A DNA stretch of 64,000 bases from Podarcis cretensis (Eukaryota): assembly GCA_951804945.1 (NCBI GenBank), contig OX638158.1, positions 33,046,001 to 33,110,000 on the forward strand. Reading direction: 5' to 3'. How positions within the stretch are numbered: position 1 is the stretch's first letter; every line of letters starts with the position of its first letter. Below, in pieces: positions 1 through 11,985 of this stretch. The notes beneath the pieces are model-generated. The model was not told the origin of the DNA. It did no database searches and saw only the letters and a program-made list of their open reading frames with translations. Made by a program: the position numbers and the translations under genes.

Positions 1-1179
1 ATTCTCCTCTATATGAACCACAAGAGACACCCACCATTTCCCAGTACAGAAAAATAAGCAACAGTGCTGTACAGTAGCAGCAGTCATGCCCAGAGTACTG
101 AAAGATGCAACTCTTACAACTGACAATTCCATGAGAGCAGGAGGCTGGATTTTTTCTCGACTCTTACACTTGGGGATAAGGTAGTGCAGGGTAAAAACAG
201 ATGCCCTGTAGAAATAGTTCCTAGGGGTTTATCACTGGAGTTTATTTGGGTGTCATTAACCTCCAAGAAAGGTGTAGGTGCTACAAAACATAGTGGTGCA
301 TCAGAATCTGTCAGGACTGAATGAATGAGGACCTCTATTTACTGCAGTGCTTCTAAGGCATCAGGCATGAGAAGTGATTGCTGAAGCCAGAAACACTTTC
401 TTCTTGCCCAATACATAATTTCATAGTAGAAACACATTGTAAATGGTACAAAGTGAAAGAAAGCCCATGCATTCTCACAAAGAGAGCATCTGTGAGACTT
501 CCTGGACTGAAGAGTACACCAACACCAGGGCACATGCTTCTTTCTCTCAGTGCACTAGCAGATTATTACAACGACAAAAGACGACGATGAAGTGTAAGAT
601 GTGCTATGTTCCTGTGCCTAGACCTATTTGCATTGCCTTCACAGTCCCTTCCATTAGCTGCTGAACCAAGAGAACATTTGCTGCTGCTTCTCCTTCACTA
701 ATTTTACAATTTCAGAACAGCTAAAACCGCTACCAAATCCTGGCCTCTGCCACAGACAGAGCTGAATTGAAAAGGAAATGCAGTCCATCATCAGTAAAAA
801 GCAAAAAGGACTCTCATCTCTCACTCAAAGGGTGCAAGTGCCGAACAGATGCTACTCACATCCTTTGCTAGCTGCACTTTTCACTGGCTGGATACAGGTA
901 GGGTGGTTGAAACAAAGGAAAAAGAGTTAAATGTTCTAAGCTTGGTGATATATCACTGGAGGAAGGGAAGATTATTCCATTAGAAATATGTGGACAAAAA
1001 CTCCAACTATGAAAACAGAACACATACATTAGGGAGAACACTACTGTACAGGAAGGTAGCAATTGTAGAAAAACAAAGGTTGCAGCATGGTCAAACACAA
1101 CATCAGTTGCGTTCCCACACTTGTCTCCCTATTTCCCACGCTCAACAAGTTTTCCAGTCCACTCCTTGCCTGCCACTCC

Positions 1180-1354
1180 TCAAAGTTTGATTTTGAACTC
1201 TGTAGGTTGCACAGAGGCGGAGGTCCCTGAGGATTTGAAGAGTGCTTTTAAGATGGTATCAGGATCCACTTCAGCTGGTGGATTGGAGGCGGTTCCTACA
1301 CTTGTCCGACGTGGTTCACCTTCCTTCTTCACTGAGGGGGTGTCACTCAATCGA
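1180..1354 (-). CDS. POLDIP3: POLDIP3 exon 9, terminal coding part
   Basis: CCCTAG acceptor; RLSDTPSVKKEGEP...EFKIKL then TGA at 1180-1182. The 3'UTR continues toward position 1. Confidence 0.95.
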
Positions 1355-4300
1355 CTAGGGAGAACAAGAAGAGATACACTATTTAGCCTCACAACAGAAC
1401 AAGTGTCAAGTCAAGCAGCAGAGCTTACTCTTTTCAGCAATTACCATCTATTGCCTGCATAGCTAGCTTAAGCCAAGTGTACTCTTCAGGATTTCAGATT
1501 AAGGGATAAAAAGTTATGGAAAGGGAAAAAAGAAGAACACAGAGAACCCCAGGGAGCTCCACCATCAATAGTTGTTGAATGGTGAAATGCGGATCAATTT
1601 ACACTGCTGAACCAAAACTGTTGTTCTGATTATTAAGCAAGCAATTACAGGCTGGGAGAAGCCTACTGCCATATTTAGATGGAAGGACAACCGTTCATAC
1701 AGATGATAATCTGAACAGCAGTGCTGGATATATAGGAAAATTAGTAAAAAAGCTTTGATCTGAATATCAACAAACTCCTGTTTGGTATTTTGCTTGGGTA
1801 CAAAAATTATATGGCACCTTGTGAAGGAGCAAAAATGTTACACCATAGTTTTATGAACACAAACCCATATGCACATACAGCAAGATAGGTTGGTCTGATG
1901 TGATGATATTCCCATTCATATGAAGGTTGCATTTCATCGGCTGGCCTGATGGAGAAGAACAAAGAAAACCAAGTATTAAACCTTAGGAAAGTGGTATAGG
2001 TTTCTTCACTGTGCATCCATTCTGCTCATTAAACAAGATCCCTGGATTTGAATGCACTGATTTGCCACCATTATACACAGTTTGGGCCTAAGCTTCTCTA
2101 TTTTGAGATACAGTATTATTATTAATTAAATTTGTATACTGCCCTGCATCTGCAGAGCTCAGGGCAGTCACAGGATAAAAATACAAAATACATAATAAAA
2201 ATAAGGACAAAATGAACCAATATCCCTCCTCATGTCAATACCCTAACTACTTACCCAAACTCTGAAACAGCAAAGATTCTGCAGTCTCTCAAGAGCATTA
2301 ATTCTCACAAACTTGGTATTACTGTATATCCAGTTGGTGTAGGGGCAAGTTATCATCTATGGGCCTGCAATATCACTCTCACTCCAATATGAGCAAATTT
2401 GGTGACTTCTAAACACCTGATACAATAATAGTCTAAGAACTGCTCAGCCCCTCATGGCAGTCATTAACAATTAATTAATAATTTCCTGACTTCTTACACA
2501 CAGAAGAAGTACCATCTGAGATCTTCAGGGAAGTAAAACGTTTCTGCGTTCTGCAAGAGGCTCACACTCACCATCCAAGCATCTGTTGTTGTATTTCTTA
2601 TATGCAGTAATGGCATCTTCCTTTTTCACAAACACCACCTCAGCCATTCCGGGGTGCACTAAACGGGCTCGCTTTAGGGCACCACATACACAGAACAACT
2701 CCTGAGGAAAGAGCACAGTACAGTATAGTTTAATTTAACTTAGCTCATCTTTGCTACTGCATCAGTGATTGTAAGCATTTGTTGTTAGTGTGGAATTTAG
2801 TGTGGAAGTCAAGGCCACAGCTGCCAACTCTGATATTTGAACACTCACACATTAAGAACATAGAGGTTGCCTTGCTGGAGCACACAGAGGAACACTTAGT
2901 CCAGCCTTCTGTTTCCAACAACAGATAAATATATTTAAGTCAGGGATGGGAAACCACTTTTTGGCCACGGGACCAATTCAAATTGTGGCTGACCCTCCAT
3001 CTGCTACAATTTACCAATAACCCAGGCTTCTCTCTTGTCAATCATCTGATGTCATTTGTCAGGCTCTGACCCTGGTGAAAGCAGTGTGGCTTGCATTCAG
3101 CACCCAATCTGAACAGTGTTGAACATAAACAGCACTTGCCAAGGAACATTGGGAGCACACTCCAAGGCTCCTGATTATTCCTTTGCAGCGGGTGCTTTGT
3201 TTGTATGATATCAGCTGAGTGACATATGGTTGTGGCCGGGGAAGAACAGCAGAGCAGACCAAATTGGAAGGCTGAGTGGACCTAGTTAAGTCTGCGGGCC
3301 AGAGGCCCCTCCCTCACCCCACAATCCATGTTTTAGGTAATAAACTCAGAATCAGAGTACGAAAGTACTTTATTACCCAACAGGTAGTATAAATTGAGGT
3401 TCGACGTAGCTATCCACAATTAGAGCCACGTTCCACAACTATGTCTGCTCCTTTTTAAAGGCCGCATGATCTAATAATCACATCTTGTGAGAGTGAATGC
3501 CTAAAGTTTCTCATGCATTACACGAAGAAGTCCTTGCATTCCTAACGTCCCATATATCCTCAGAAAACTACATGTAGAGCAAGGATGTCCAACCAGTAGA
3601 CTGGTAGATCCCTGGCAGATTGCGGGATCCTTATTGTGTACAGAAAGTTACAGGGGGAAAGCTCAACAACTGTGGGCAATCCACCCACCCCACACACGCT
3701 CCTCCTCCCTCCAATGACAATGGGTAGATCACTGCCAGTTTTTTAATACTGGGATCGCAGTCTCTTGGGAGTTGGACATGCCTGATGTAGAGCAACAGAA
3801 CATCCAGTTTATCTAAAGCTACACTGGGATCATTTCCCCCACACCAAAAGTCAGAGGGAATGTGACAGTAAACCTGGCGTCAGAGCGCTGCCTGCAAACT
3901 GTTCTGGATTTCACAAACTTTGGAAACTTTCCTACTGTGTGAAGAACACAATGGAGCCTGCCAGGACTTCATTCAGGAGAGTAATTCTGGAACACAGAGG
4001 GGTGTGTTCCTCAAAGTCGTCAGATTGCTCTCAAGTCAATTAATTTTTCTGAAGATATTTAGGCGTCTTGGAGCTTTTGCAGACATCTACCTAGCTCCTT
4101 AATGCTACCACCTAAGATTCTCCAGGCTCTCCCAAGAAAGCACACATTCCATTTTACTTTATAAACATTGGGTAGAACACGGATACAAGACACAAGCAAA
4201 TCCCTGATTTCAACAATATACAGTACTCACAACAATATCCTCTTCAGTGACTCGAGGGTGCAGATTATTCACAGTCATTTTAGTGCCTTCTAATGGGCTG

Positions 4301-7300
4301 AAGGCCGGCTGCCAAGAAACAGACAAATGTGTCATATGCATATAGTCTGGGATTGGGGGGAGGGGAGATAGATCAAAGTAAACGGGGCTTTGAGGAAGTG
4401 GGGGAAAGACAAGGGTAAGATTCAGCAAAATCCAGCCTTCAGAATATAATTTTTACTGTTTTTGCTTGATTCTGTTAATCTCTGAGAATATTTCAACAAG
4501 AAATCATTTATGACAAATGTCTGCACAGCAAGCATGAGAAGCAAATGGGTTTCAGATTTTACCAGTTCTTCAAGTTACCATGTCCAATTCCACCGTTTTC
4601 TCTGGAAGAAGGAAATAAATTTCCCCCATGCAGCTGCACTTGAACAGGGTTTATTCTTCTTCTCGTTATGAAAATCCAGAATACACAAAAATATATTTGT
4701 GTCCTTGACTCACCTCAACTGGTGGTGGCTCTTTGGGGGGTTCTTCCTTGGTCACCAGGGTTCGGGACATGTTTGTCAGGGCCTTTGTCCGGATGGGGGA
4801 CGGTGGAGCTGTGGGGGCCGTGTAGGCATCATTCTGCACAACTTTCGTGAGGGGGACTGTCTTTGACAGAGAGAACTTGTTGCCACTGAGTCCAGCCTAC
4901 GTAAATGGAGAACACAAATCCCTGAATACTGCAAGTGCCAGAAGCAGAACTAATTCCTCCTCCTCTAAGAAGCAGCTATCCAGCAAGATTTCCCATTCCA
5001 TAAAGATTTAACCTTAGAAATAAAGCCAATGTGACGTAGAGAAGACTATTCAGTCCCTGAAGTCAGCTAATGCATTCAAAAATTCCTTTTAGTATTTGTG
5101 CACACTGGTTAATTGTTGCGGGTTAGAAATACTTGAATTATCATGTATTGAAAACAGATTTCACATTTTTGTGTAAAGACAGTACATTCCATTATTAACT
5201 TTTAACTATTTTACAAGTTAGGAAAACTCCCTCCATCCCACCTTATCCTTGCACAACTACTTTTGATCAATCAGGTCAAACTAATCAGGCTGTTAGTTTG
5301 GGAAAATAAGGATCTTAACGAAGCTTTTATTAGTTGTTTGGAAAAGAAGAGAAATTGTGATGTAGTAAAATCATAACGTATGCAAGAAGCATTTAAGACG
5401 AGAAGGATAAACTAACAGAGTATTTATGCATGTTTATCTTACCACATTCAATGGATTTTACTTCAAGTAAGTGGACATAAGCTAAAGAACTTTGAAAGAA
5501 TCTTTCAAAAACTAGGTCCCTAGGGTCTAAAAATGGCAGAAACCACCTAGAGTTTTAAGGTAGTTACTACAATCTTGGGAAAATGTGAGATAATGTGCTG
5601 GAAGTGTCATTTTTATTTGGTACTTTACTCATAAAGAAAATCAGAATACCATACCCCTTAACATCACAGCATAAATTCATTCTGGATTGCGACACACCAT
5701 TTTAGTTGTCCATTTCAAAGGTGTGTTTTTTTAAATGGACAAAGATTATCCAGAATATCAAATTTAGGCTGCAATCCAGGTTCTATTTCCACCAGAATAA
5801 TCCTATTAATCCCAGTGACACAGTTCCATTGACTAGGGTGTTTTGGAGGTTTAGCTTAGGACAAGAGTATGGGCACATGATCGGCATTGACTACAGATAG
5901 TGTAAATAAAATATTCTTTATCTTTCTTTCATAAAATAAAGTCCCTATGTAAGACAGGCAATGCATTTAGCCTACAGAACTCTCTGCCATGAAATGCTTT
6001 GAAAATGATTAGTATGAATGAGTCTTTCTGATTAGAAAAAGTCAAATGACACAACACAGTTTCAGTTACTGGTTTGCCTGAGCAAAGAGAAGACAGACTA
6101 ACTGCAGACTCAAGAGCAAGAGAACGAGCAAGTTTGTTTTTGCCAGTAGTGCAGGCTATTGCCACTCTGTTTGGTACAGGTGCAAGCAGCAGCTCGGGGG
6201 CCATTGGAGCTCTACAGAGCCCCATTCCCATGGGGGAAAGTGGACATGGGCCACCTACTGGCAGTGCACAAAGAAACCCCTTTTCTCCCTAACTTTCCAT
6301 CTCTTTTCTTTCTCTGCACCTTGCACAGAAACAGAGTAGACTGCTGGGATGGAAACAGAGCTCTATTCCTCCACAACAGCTCGCTTTATGGGGCATGGGC
6401 TGGATGGCAACCTGTTATAGGCCACATTTGGCCCATGGGCCAGCAATCTGCTGCCCTGTTTTAGGGTAAAAGATTGCAAGAATACCATAAACCTGGAACC
6501 AGTAAGTTCAGCCAATACAAGCGTAGAGCACATGCAAAACAACAAAAGTACATGTCCACTGGGAAGTAGAGGGAGTGGAGAAGCTAATGAGACAGACCCT
6601 TACCGCACTGTGCAGAAAGCTGTTTGTGGTAGTGATCTTCATTTGCTTATTAGGAAGGGGAGATACAGTTTCTTCATCATCTTCTACATCATACGGAGAC
6701 TAAAAAGAAAGAAACAAACAAAAAAACCCCCAAGTAACTTATAAATGCAAGTGGTTGATTTGATGTTTCTGGTTGCTGATATAATGCAGATATTCTAAAG
6801 AGTCTAGACTGATGCACTTAAACAGTTCTATACATGCTTACTAATAGGTTTTTCTGAAGATATGCCTCAGCAAATACATGTATGTAGCCACTCTGATTTG
6901 CTGCATCTTAATACCAGGACATGAAAATAAAAAGGACTTTTAAGTAGAATTCATAGAACTGTAAAGTTAGAAGGGAACCTCAGGGTCATCTAGTGCAAAG
7001 CCCTGCAATACAGGAACCTCAGGCTGTTCAATTCAACTCAAATTTGAAGACTCAATCTAAACATGATATTAAATGCACCTTTGCATTTAACACGCACAAT
7101 TTCTAAAATGTAAATATCCATGTGCAGATGTTGGTGAGGATCAGGATTGTGGCATGAGGGGGAATGTAACCTTCTCCTCCCTGTCATCATCTGAAGTGAA
7201 ATTCCCTCCCCTGCTACAATTTGCATTGTGCAGAAAGTTCCCACAGGAGTCAGTGGGACCTTACTCCTGATGCAAACAGCAGCTTGAAAAGTGGGAATTT

Positions 7301-10300
7301 CCTCAAGATCACAGTATGGGATGGGTTAAATACCCCACCCATCACAATCAATTACTGCATCCCTCTCAATTAGTGGCAATTAGCATTTTTTAAAAGTACA
7401 TTACATGCAGACACACATTTGCCATAAATTTCAGTTTGGCCCAGAGTTTCTTCAATCCCTCTCAGCACTAATGCCAAGCATTAATCTGCCCAACAACTTT
7501 GTAACATAAAGGATTAGCCAATGGCAGACAGAGTAAACAGGATTTCTTTCCCGTGCAGGTGTACTGTGATAATACAAGATTGGCCAATAACATCAAAATA
7601 GGTAGACATAGAGGCCAGAAATTAAAAATGATATTTCCTAAGTACTGAAAGCATTGTAATAAGCGAGCACAAGAATGTAGGGGTAAGATCCAAAGGCACC
7701 ACAAATCTACTTTGTGAATTGTCACTGCAAGATACTACACATATGGGAAACTGTGAGTTACATGAATGAAATGGATGCAGATAACACTCTCAGCCTGTAG
7801 GCTGTGAACATATTACATAAGGTAAATAAAACTTTTAAATTAGTTTACAATGCCAATCTCCAAAATCAAACATAAAATCACTTCAGGGTGTTTCACTGGA
7901 AGCAACTGAAATAAATGAAATAAATATTAAACACATATTCAAAGATTACTAGATTCTACAACAATTGACAACTCCACTCTGTTACTGAATGGCACACACC
8001 TGTTTGTTTGTGTGATTGTTCACAATGTTGACCTTCATGCATGCAGGATGAGTGTGCAATGGAGTTGCAGCCTTCTGCTGTGATGGGGAGAGAAAGACAC
8101 ATCATTAACACCTAAAGATTTCAGTGAAATCCCTTGTTTCATCATGATGGCATACTCAAAGCTTAAAGGAGGAACTAAGATCTCTACTTTTAATTATCAG
8201 ATTATGAAACAATGCAGACTGTCAGAACTCAGATTCATGGATTTCGTTTTCTGTATTACACATGCGATATAATGCCACATCAATGCTTTCCCCAACTGTT
8301 TCCCTTGAAATACATGCAACTAGTGCTCCAGGAGCTGCCAACACATAGGATAATGCTGGAGAGACAACAATAGACTGCAGAGATATTGACTATAACCTAC
8401 TTGAATTGTTTTTGTGATCTTCATGGCAGGGGCCACCGTTTCCACAGCAGCTTTCACAATGGCTGCACTAGGAGTGCTCCTTTTCAGACTGATCTTCTCT
8501 CTGGCATCAACAACTTTGGTCACTTGCTGCTTACGGGAATTCAGCATTTCCCGGGCGTCTTGCACTTTTCCTTGGATTTTAAACCTGGCATCTTTCTGAA
8601 GCAGTTTCTCCCGGGCATCTTTCACGCCAATTTTGTGTCGGGCATCAGTAAGGCCAATCTTCTGTCGTGCATCAAATGTCCTCTGGAAACCAACACTTGG
8701 TGCTGATCTGCTTAGAAAAGTTTGTTGAACGCCAATTCGAGGTCTACCGCCAAATAATGGCCTTGTGTTCAGCCTGGAACAGAAATGTCAGGTGTTAAAA
8801 GCAAACAAACTGCTGCATTTTAAGGAGTTAAGCTGCAATGTGTGCAGAGGACGGTGACCAGGATGATAAAGGGTCCAGAAACCAAGCCTTGAATGATTGA
8901 GGGTATTGAGTATCTTTAGCCTGGTAAAGAGGAGACTGAGAGGAGATATGATAGCTATCTTCCAATATTTAAAGGGCTGGAGCAGTTTTCTCATGCTCCG
9001 GAGGCTAGGACCCAAACCAATAGATTCACATTCCGAGTAAACATGGATTCCGACTAAACATCAGGAAGAACTTTCTGACAGTAAGAGATGTTCAACAGTG
9101 GAACAGACTCCCATGAGAGATGGTAGACTCTCCTTCCTTGGAGGTTTTTAAGCAGAGGTTGAATGACCACCTGTCATTTATGATCTAGCTGAGATTCCTG
9201 CATTGTAGGGGGTTGGACAAGATGACCCTTGAGATCCCTTCCAACTTCATAGTTCTACAATTCTATGATCTAACCCAAGAGTTCCACCAAGTGATAGAAG
9301 AGGCCAAATTGAAGGTTCAGAGATTTTAAAATCTGAACTCCAAGAGAAGGCTGGAGCTGGTGAAAGAAAAGGGAAGACACTAAGACCTGCGAAAAGGCCA
9401 ACAATGGAATCCAGTGTTATTATACAAGTTGACTGACAAGGATAATCTAATATACATACATTCCTTTGGAAAACAATTAATATTTAACAGAGATAGAATT
9501 GTTTGCCCCTCATAGCTTTGAAATTCATATTTCAACCACAGATCTGTGTTTGTGAAGAATGCATGTACTACACCAAAATTTTGGGATATTGTTAAAATGG
9601 GTTGAAATGGGATACAGGGTTAAATATATATATATATAACAGGGAATTTAAGAGATGTAACTGACATCTCTTACCAAGCAGCATTTCAATTACAATAGAA
9701 CATCCTGATATTAAATGGAAAACATGGTTTTATAGGAGGGGAAAGGGGGAAATCAGAATTAATTCTTAACTATATTTCAAAGAACATGTTGGCTGGTTTT
9801 TTGCTTCTCTGTTTAACACATTTCACTCAAACTGGTGGACACTGTCTGGTGAGTGCTGCCTGTTCCCTTAGCAACATTGTAAAGATGTGACCTCTTCACT
9901 GCAGATAAGCAAAGCTGTTAATTTATCTAAATGCTCTCTAATGAGACAAATTTCTCTACGTTATTACTTAAGCAACATTTCCCATGCTAAAGCATGCCCT
10001 CTATTTTGTGGATTTAACTTGTGTTATCCAGTAGTGAATTCAACTGAAGGCACAACAGACCATTCTCTTCAGAAACGGCTCAATCTTATAATAGAACAAT
10101 TGTTTATGGAGGCTATAGATCGCCTTGCATGTCAAAGGAAGTGTAAAAGTAGCAAAAAAAGAGGAGAGTTCAGGAACAGAAACATTGGCACTATGAAAAG
10201 CAAAGGCCAATAATTTTGTATGATGCACAAGGCGAAGAAGCAGGGCCGGCCCAATGCACAAAGCCACCCCAAAAGTCTCTAAAATCCATTGGTTGTATGC

Positions 10301-10798
10301 TATAGCGCATAGTTTGTCACCCCGAAACAAATACTGTCCCATCTCAGCACACAAGATGCCCCACTTGGAATACACACAATGTTTTGGGCCGCCCTTAGGG
10401 ACAAAGCGCCAGAATCAGTACAATGAAGGCGCCGAGAGACCTGCGGAAGGAGGGTGCTGCCCCCTCTCCACGCAGACCCACGTCTATGGTGCGAAACACA
10501 CACACACTCGGCCTCGGAGACCTCACTGCCGAGAACGGCCAAGCAGAACCGAACGCTCCAGTGGGCGATGACTGACAGGAGAGCGCGCCAATCGGAGCAC
10601 CGAGTGCACATCCCCAGCCGGATCCTGCCGGAGCAGAGCACGGATCCCGCCTCCGGGCAGCGACGTGGGGGGAAGGGAACCCTCGCGGGCAAGGGGGGGC
10701 CTCTCCGCCCTCCAGGCTCCTTCCACGGCTCACCTCCCCTTCGTGTTCACACTGACGCCGCGTTTCCGGATCAGCTCGTCCAGAGACAGGTCCGCCAT
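1180..10798 (-). CDS. POLDIP3: Polymerase delta-interacting protein 3 (SKAR/PDIP46), complete CDS, 9 exons, 414 aa
   Basis: join(10734-10798, 8401-8773, 8000-8077, 6604-6699, 4714-4896, 4231-4308, 2572-2701, 1879-1945, 1180-1354) = 1245 nt. All introns are GT-AG and the frame is continuous. Starts MADLSLDELIRKRG, contains DAR repeats and an RRM (TKMTVNNLHPRVTEEDIVELFCVCGALKRARLVHPG...), and ends VQPTEFKIKL*. Confidence 0.96.
1879..1945 (-). CDS. POLDIP3: POLDIP3 exon 8 (GQPMKCNLHMNGNIITSDQPILL)
   Basis: CATCAG acceptor, CT|GTATGT donor. Confidence 0.94.
2572..2701 (-). CDS. POLDIP3: POLDIP3 exon 7 (RRM core)
   Basis: ELFCVCGALKRARLVHPGMAEVVFVKKEDAITAYKKYNNRCLD; G|GTGAGT donor. Confidence 0.96.
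3580..3784. mobile_element. Non-autonomous hAT MITE
   Basis: TIRs CAAGGATGTCCAAC / GTTGGACATGCCTG; 8-bp TSD ATGTAGAG at 3572-3579 and 3785-3792. Confidence 0.85.
4231..4308 (-). CDS. POLDIP3: POLDIP3 exon 6 (PAFSPLEGTKMTVNNLHPRVTEEDIV)
   Basis: CAG acceptor, GTT|GTGAGT donor; RRM start. Confidence 0.95.
4714..4896 (-). CDS. POLDIP3: POLDIP3 exon 5 (AGLSGNKFSLSKTVPLTKVVQNDAY...PPPVE)
   Basis: TAG acceptor, GAG|GTGAGT donor, 183 nt. Confidence 0.93.
6604..6699 (-). CDS. POLDIP3: POLDIP3 exon 4 (SPYDVEDDEETVSPLPNKQMKITTTNSFLHSA)
   Basis: TTTTTAG acceptor, GCG|GTAAGG donor, 96 nt. Confidence 0.9.
6947..7021 (-). mobile_element. CR1 LINE 3' end fragment
   Basis: CATAGAACTGTAAAGTTAGAAGGGAACCTCAGGGTCATCTAGT is the reverse complement of the CR1 3' terminus seen at 9210-9270. 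Confidence 0.7.
8000..8077 (-). CDS. POLDIP3: POLDIP3 exon 3 (QKAATPLHTHPACMKVNIVNNHTNKQ), in-frame cassette
   Basis: Pyrimidine tract plus CAGCAG acceptor, CAG|GTGTGT donor, 78 nt. Confidence 0.85.
8401..8773 (-). CDS. POLDIP3: POLDIP3 exon 2 (DAR-repeat region)
   Basis: TTCCAG acceptor, CAA|GTAGGT donor; overlaps ORF 8320-8625. Confidence 0.95.
8820..9271 (+). mobile_element. CR1 LINE 3' fragment (end of RT plus 3'UTR)
   Basis: Typical CR1 tail ...GGTTGGACAAGATGACCCTTGAGATCCCTTCCAAC...ATTCTATGAT; homologous to copies at 18260-21003 and 35570-36045. Confidence 0.85.
10734..10798 (-). CDS. POLDIP3: POLDIP3 exon 1 (MADLSLDELIRKRGVSVNTKG)
   Basis: AACATGGCG start in a CpG island; donor AG|GTGAGC. 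Confidence 0.93.
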
Positions 10799-10963
10799 GT
10801 TGTCGCTAGGCCCCGAGACAAGTCGCTGCGACCGAAGCCCGGACGTGAGAGCCAACTACTTCCGGTGTCGCCGCGCCCTCTCCCTCCGCAACCTCCCACC
10901 TCTCCTTTACCCTGGAAGTGGATCTTCTCGCGACGCTGGCGAAGGACTTCGCGAGGGCTTAGA

Positions 10964-11001
10964 TTCCCATAATCCCTCGCAGCCCGAGTGCTCATTTGCA
11001 T
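10964..11001 (+). promoter_or_regulatory. snRNA distal sequence element (SPH/ZNF143 site plus octamer)
   Basis: TTCCCATAATCCCTCGCA (10964-10981) and ATTTGCAT (10994-11001), about 240-205 bp upstream of U12. Confidence 0.85.
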
Positions 11002-11143
11002 GCGCTCCGGTGGCCGCGCGAGGGGTAGTTTTTGCACCCGCTAGGGGGGATTTCGTCTTTGTTTCACGAATTGCACCCCGGATAAGGGAAAGCCAGGTTG
11101 TGCTTCTCCACTGGTGTGGTCCCGTGGCTTCGCTATGATTTGT

Positions 11144-11161
11144 TCATCCTCACTTGAAAAG
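11144..11161 (+). promoter_or_regulatory. snRNA proximal sequence element (PSE)
   Basis: TCATCCTCACTTGAAAAG at -61 to -44 relative to U12 +1; resembles the vertebrate PSE consensus. Confidence 0.8.
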
Positions 11162-11204
11162 CTGCTGCGTTCAACTACGTGCCTTCGCTGCAGAGCTGAG
11201 GTTT

Positions 11205-11354
11205 ATGCCTTAAACTTATGAGTAAGGAAAATAATGATCCGGGGTGACGCCCGGGTCCTCACTGCTAATGTGAGAGGAATTTTTGAACGGGTACAGGTCG
11301 TCCCTATGGTGACCCGCCTACTTAGCGGGATGCCTGGGTGCTTTGATCTGCCCG
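11205..11354 (+). ncRNA. RNU12: U12 minor spliceosomal snRNA
   Basis: ATGCCTTAAACTTATGAGTAAGGAAAAT... (branch-point recognition region), stem GATCCGGG/CCCGGGTC, Sm site AATTTTTG (11278-11285), hairpin CCCGC-CTACTTA-GCGGG, ends GATCTGCCCG; 150 nt with intact promoter elements. Confidence 0.97.
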
Positions 11355-11373
11355 ACCCTTCCCTACTGAGACG

Positions 11374-11385
11374 GTTGAAAAACAG
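11374..11385 (+). terminator. snRNA 3' box-like element
   Basis: GTTGAAAAACAG about 20 nt downstream of the U12 3' end. Confidence 0.55.
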
Positions 11386-11966
11386 TTACCTTCTTTTTAA
11401 TACTTTAGTTGGGTTTCATAGAAGTTAAGTCATACACACCCCATACAAAACACAAATTATGTTGTATTGTATTCTGTGCGGCTTTCATTGGAAGCAATAA
11501 GTTTAGGATACAACTGCTGCATTTTGTATCAATGGATGTTGGGTTGAGGTGCCCGCGGGTACAAATAGCTGCTGAATACATGCATGTTGTTCAAGGACAC
11601 ACTTAGTGCCTTTAGAACTGTTTAAGAGGTACACATGCCTATTTTAAAATATCTTACTGGGAAAGAATTGTGAAAGAGGGAGAGTACTTGGGAGCTATTG
11701 CATAAGATTTATACAAAGTGTTGAAGGGTAAATTATACCTGAGCCTTGTACATACTGTGTATTCCTTGTTTTCACTCCGCTGTTAACTCACCTGTCTTTC
11801 AGAAAGGAAGATAGATATGGACAATTAAAAAAAACTGGAGAAGCATTTATCAGATGACAGATCTTGCTAGAGGTAAAGCAACATCTAATCATAAGCTAAT
11901 AGAGAAGCCAGATGATGCTCAGTTTCAATCTAATCAATTCTGCACCTTGCAAGGTATTTGGAAACC

Positions 11967-11985
11967 GGGGGGGGGGGGGGGGGGG
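11967..11985 (+). repeat. G19 homopolymer
   Basis: 19 consecutive G. Confidence 0.9.

Larger units (their letters stand above)
10390..11360. promoter_or_regulatory. CpG island; bidirectional POLDIP3/U12 promoter region
   Basis: CpG-dense; ETS-like ACTTCCGG at about 10858, TCTCGCGA at about 10926, YY1-like CCGCCATGTT over the POLDIP3 start. Confidence 0.85.

Noticed and set aside
10254-11138. Several 100-170 aa ORFs on both strands
   Set aside because: Stop-poor by-products of the GC-rich CpG island. The real coding part is the 65-nt POLDIP3 exon 1.
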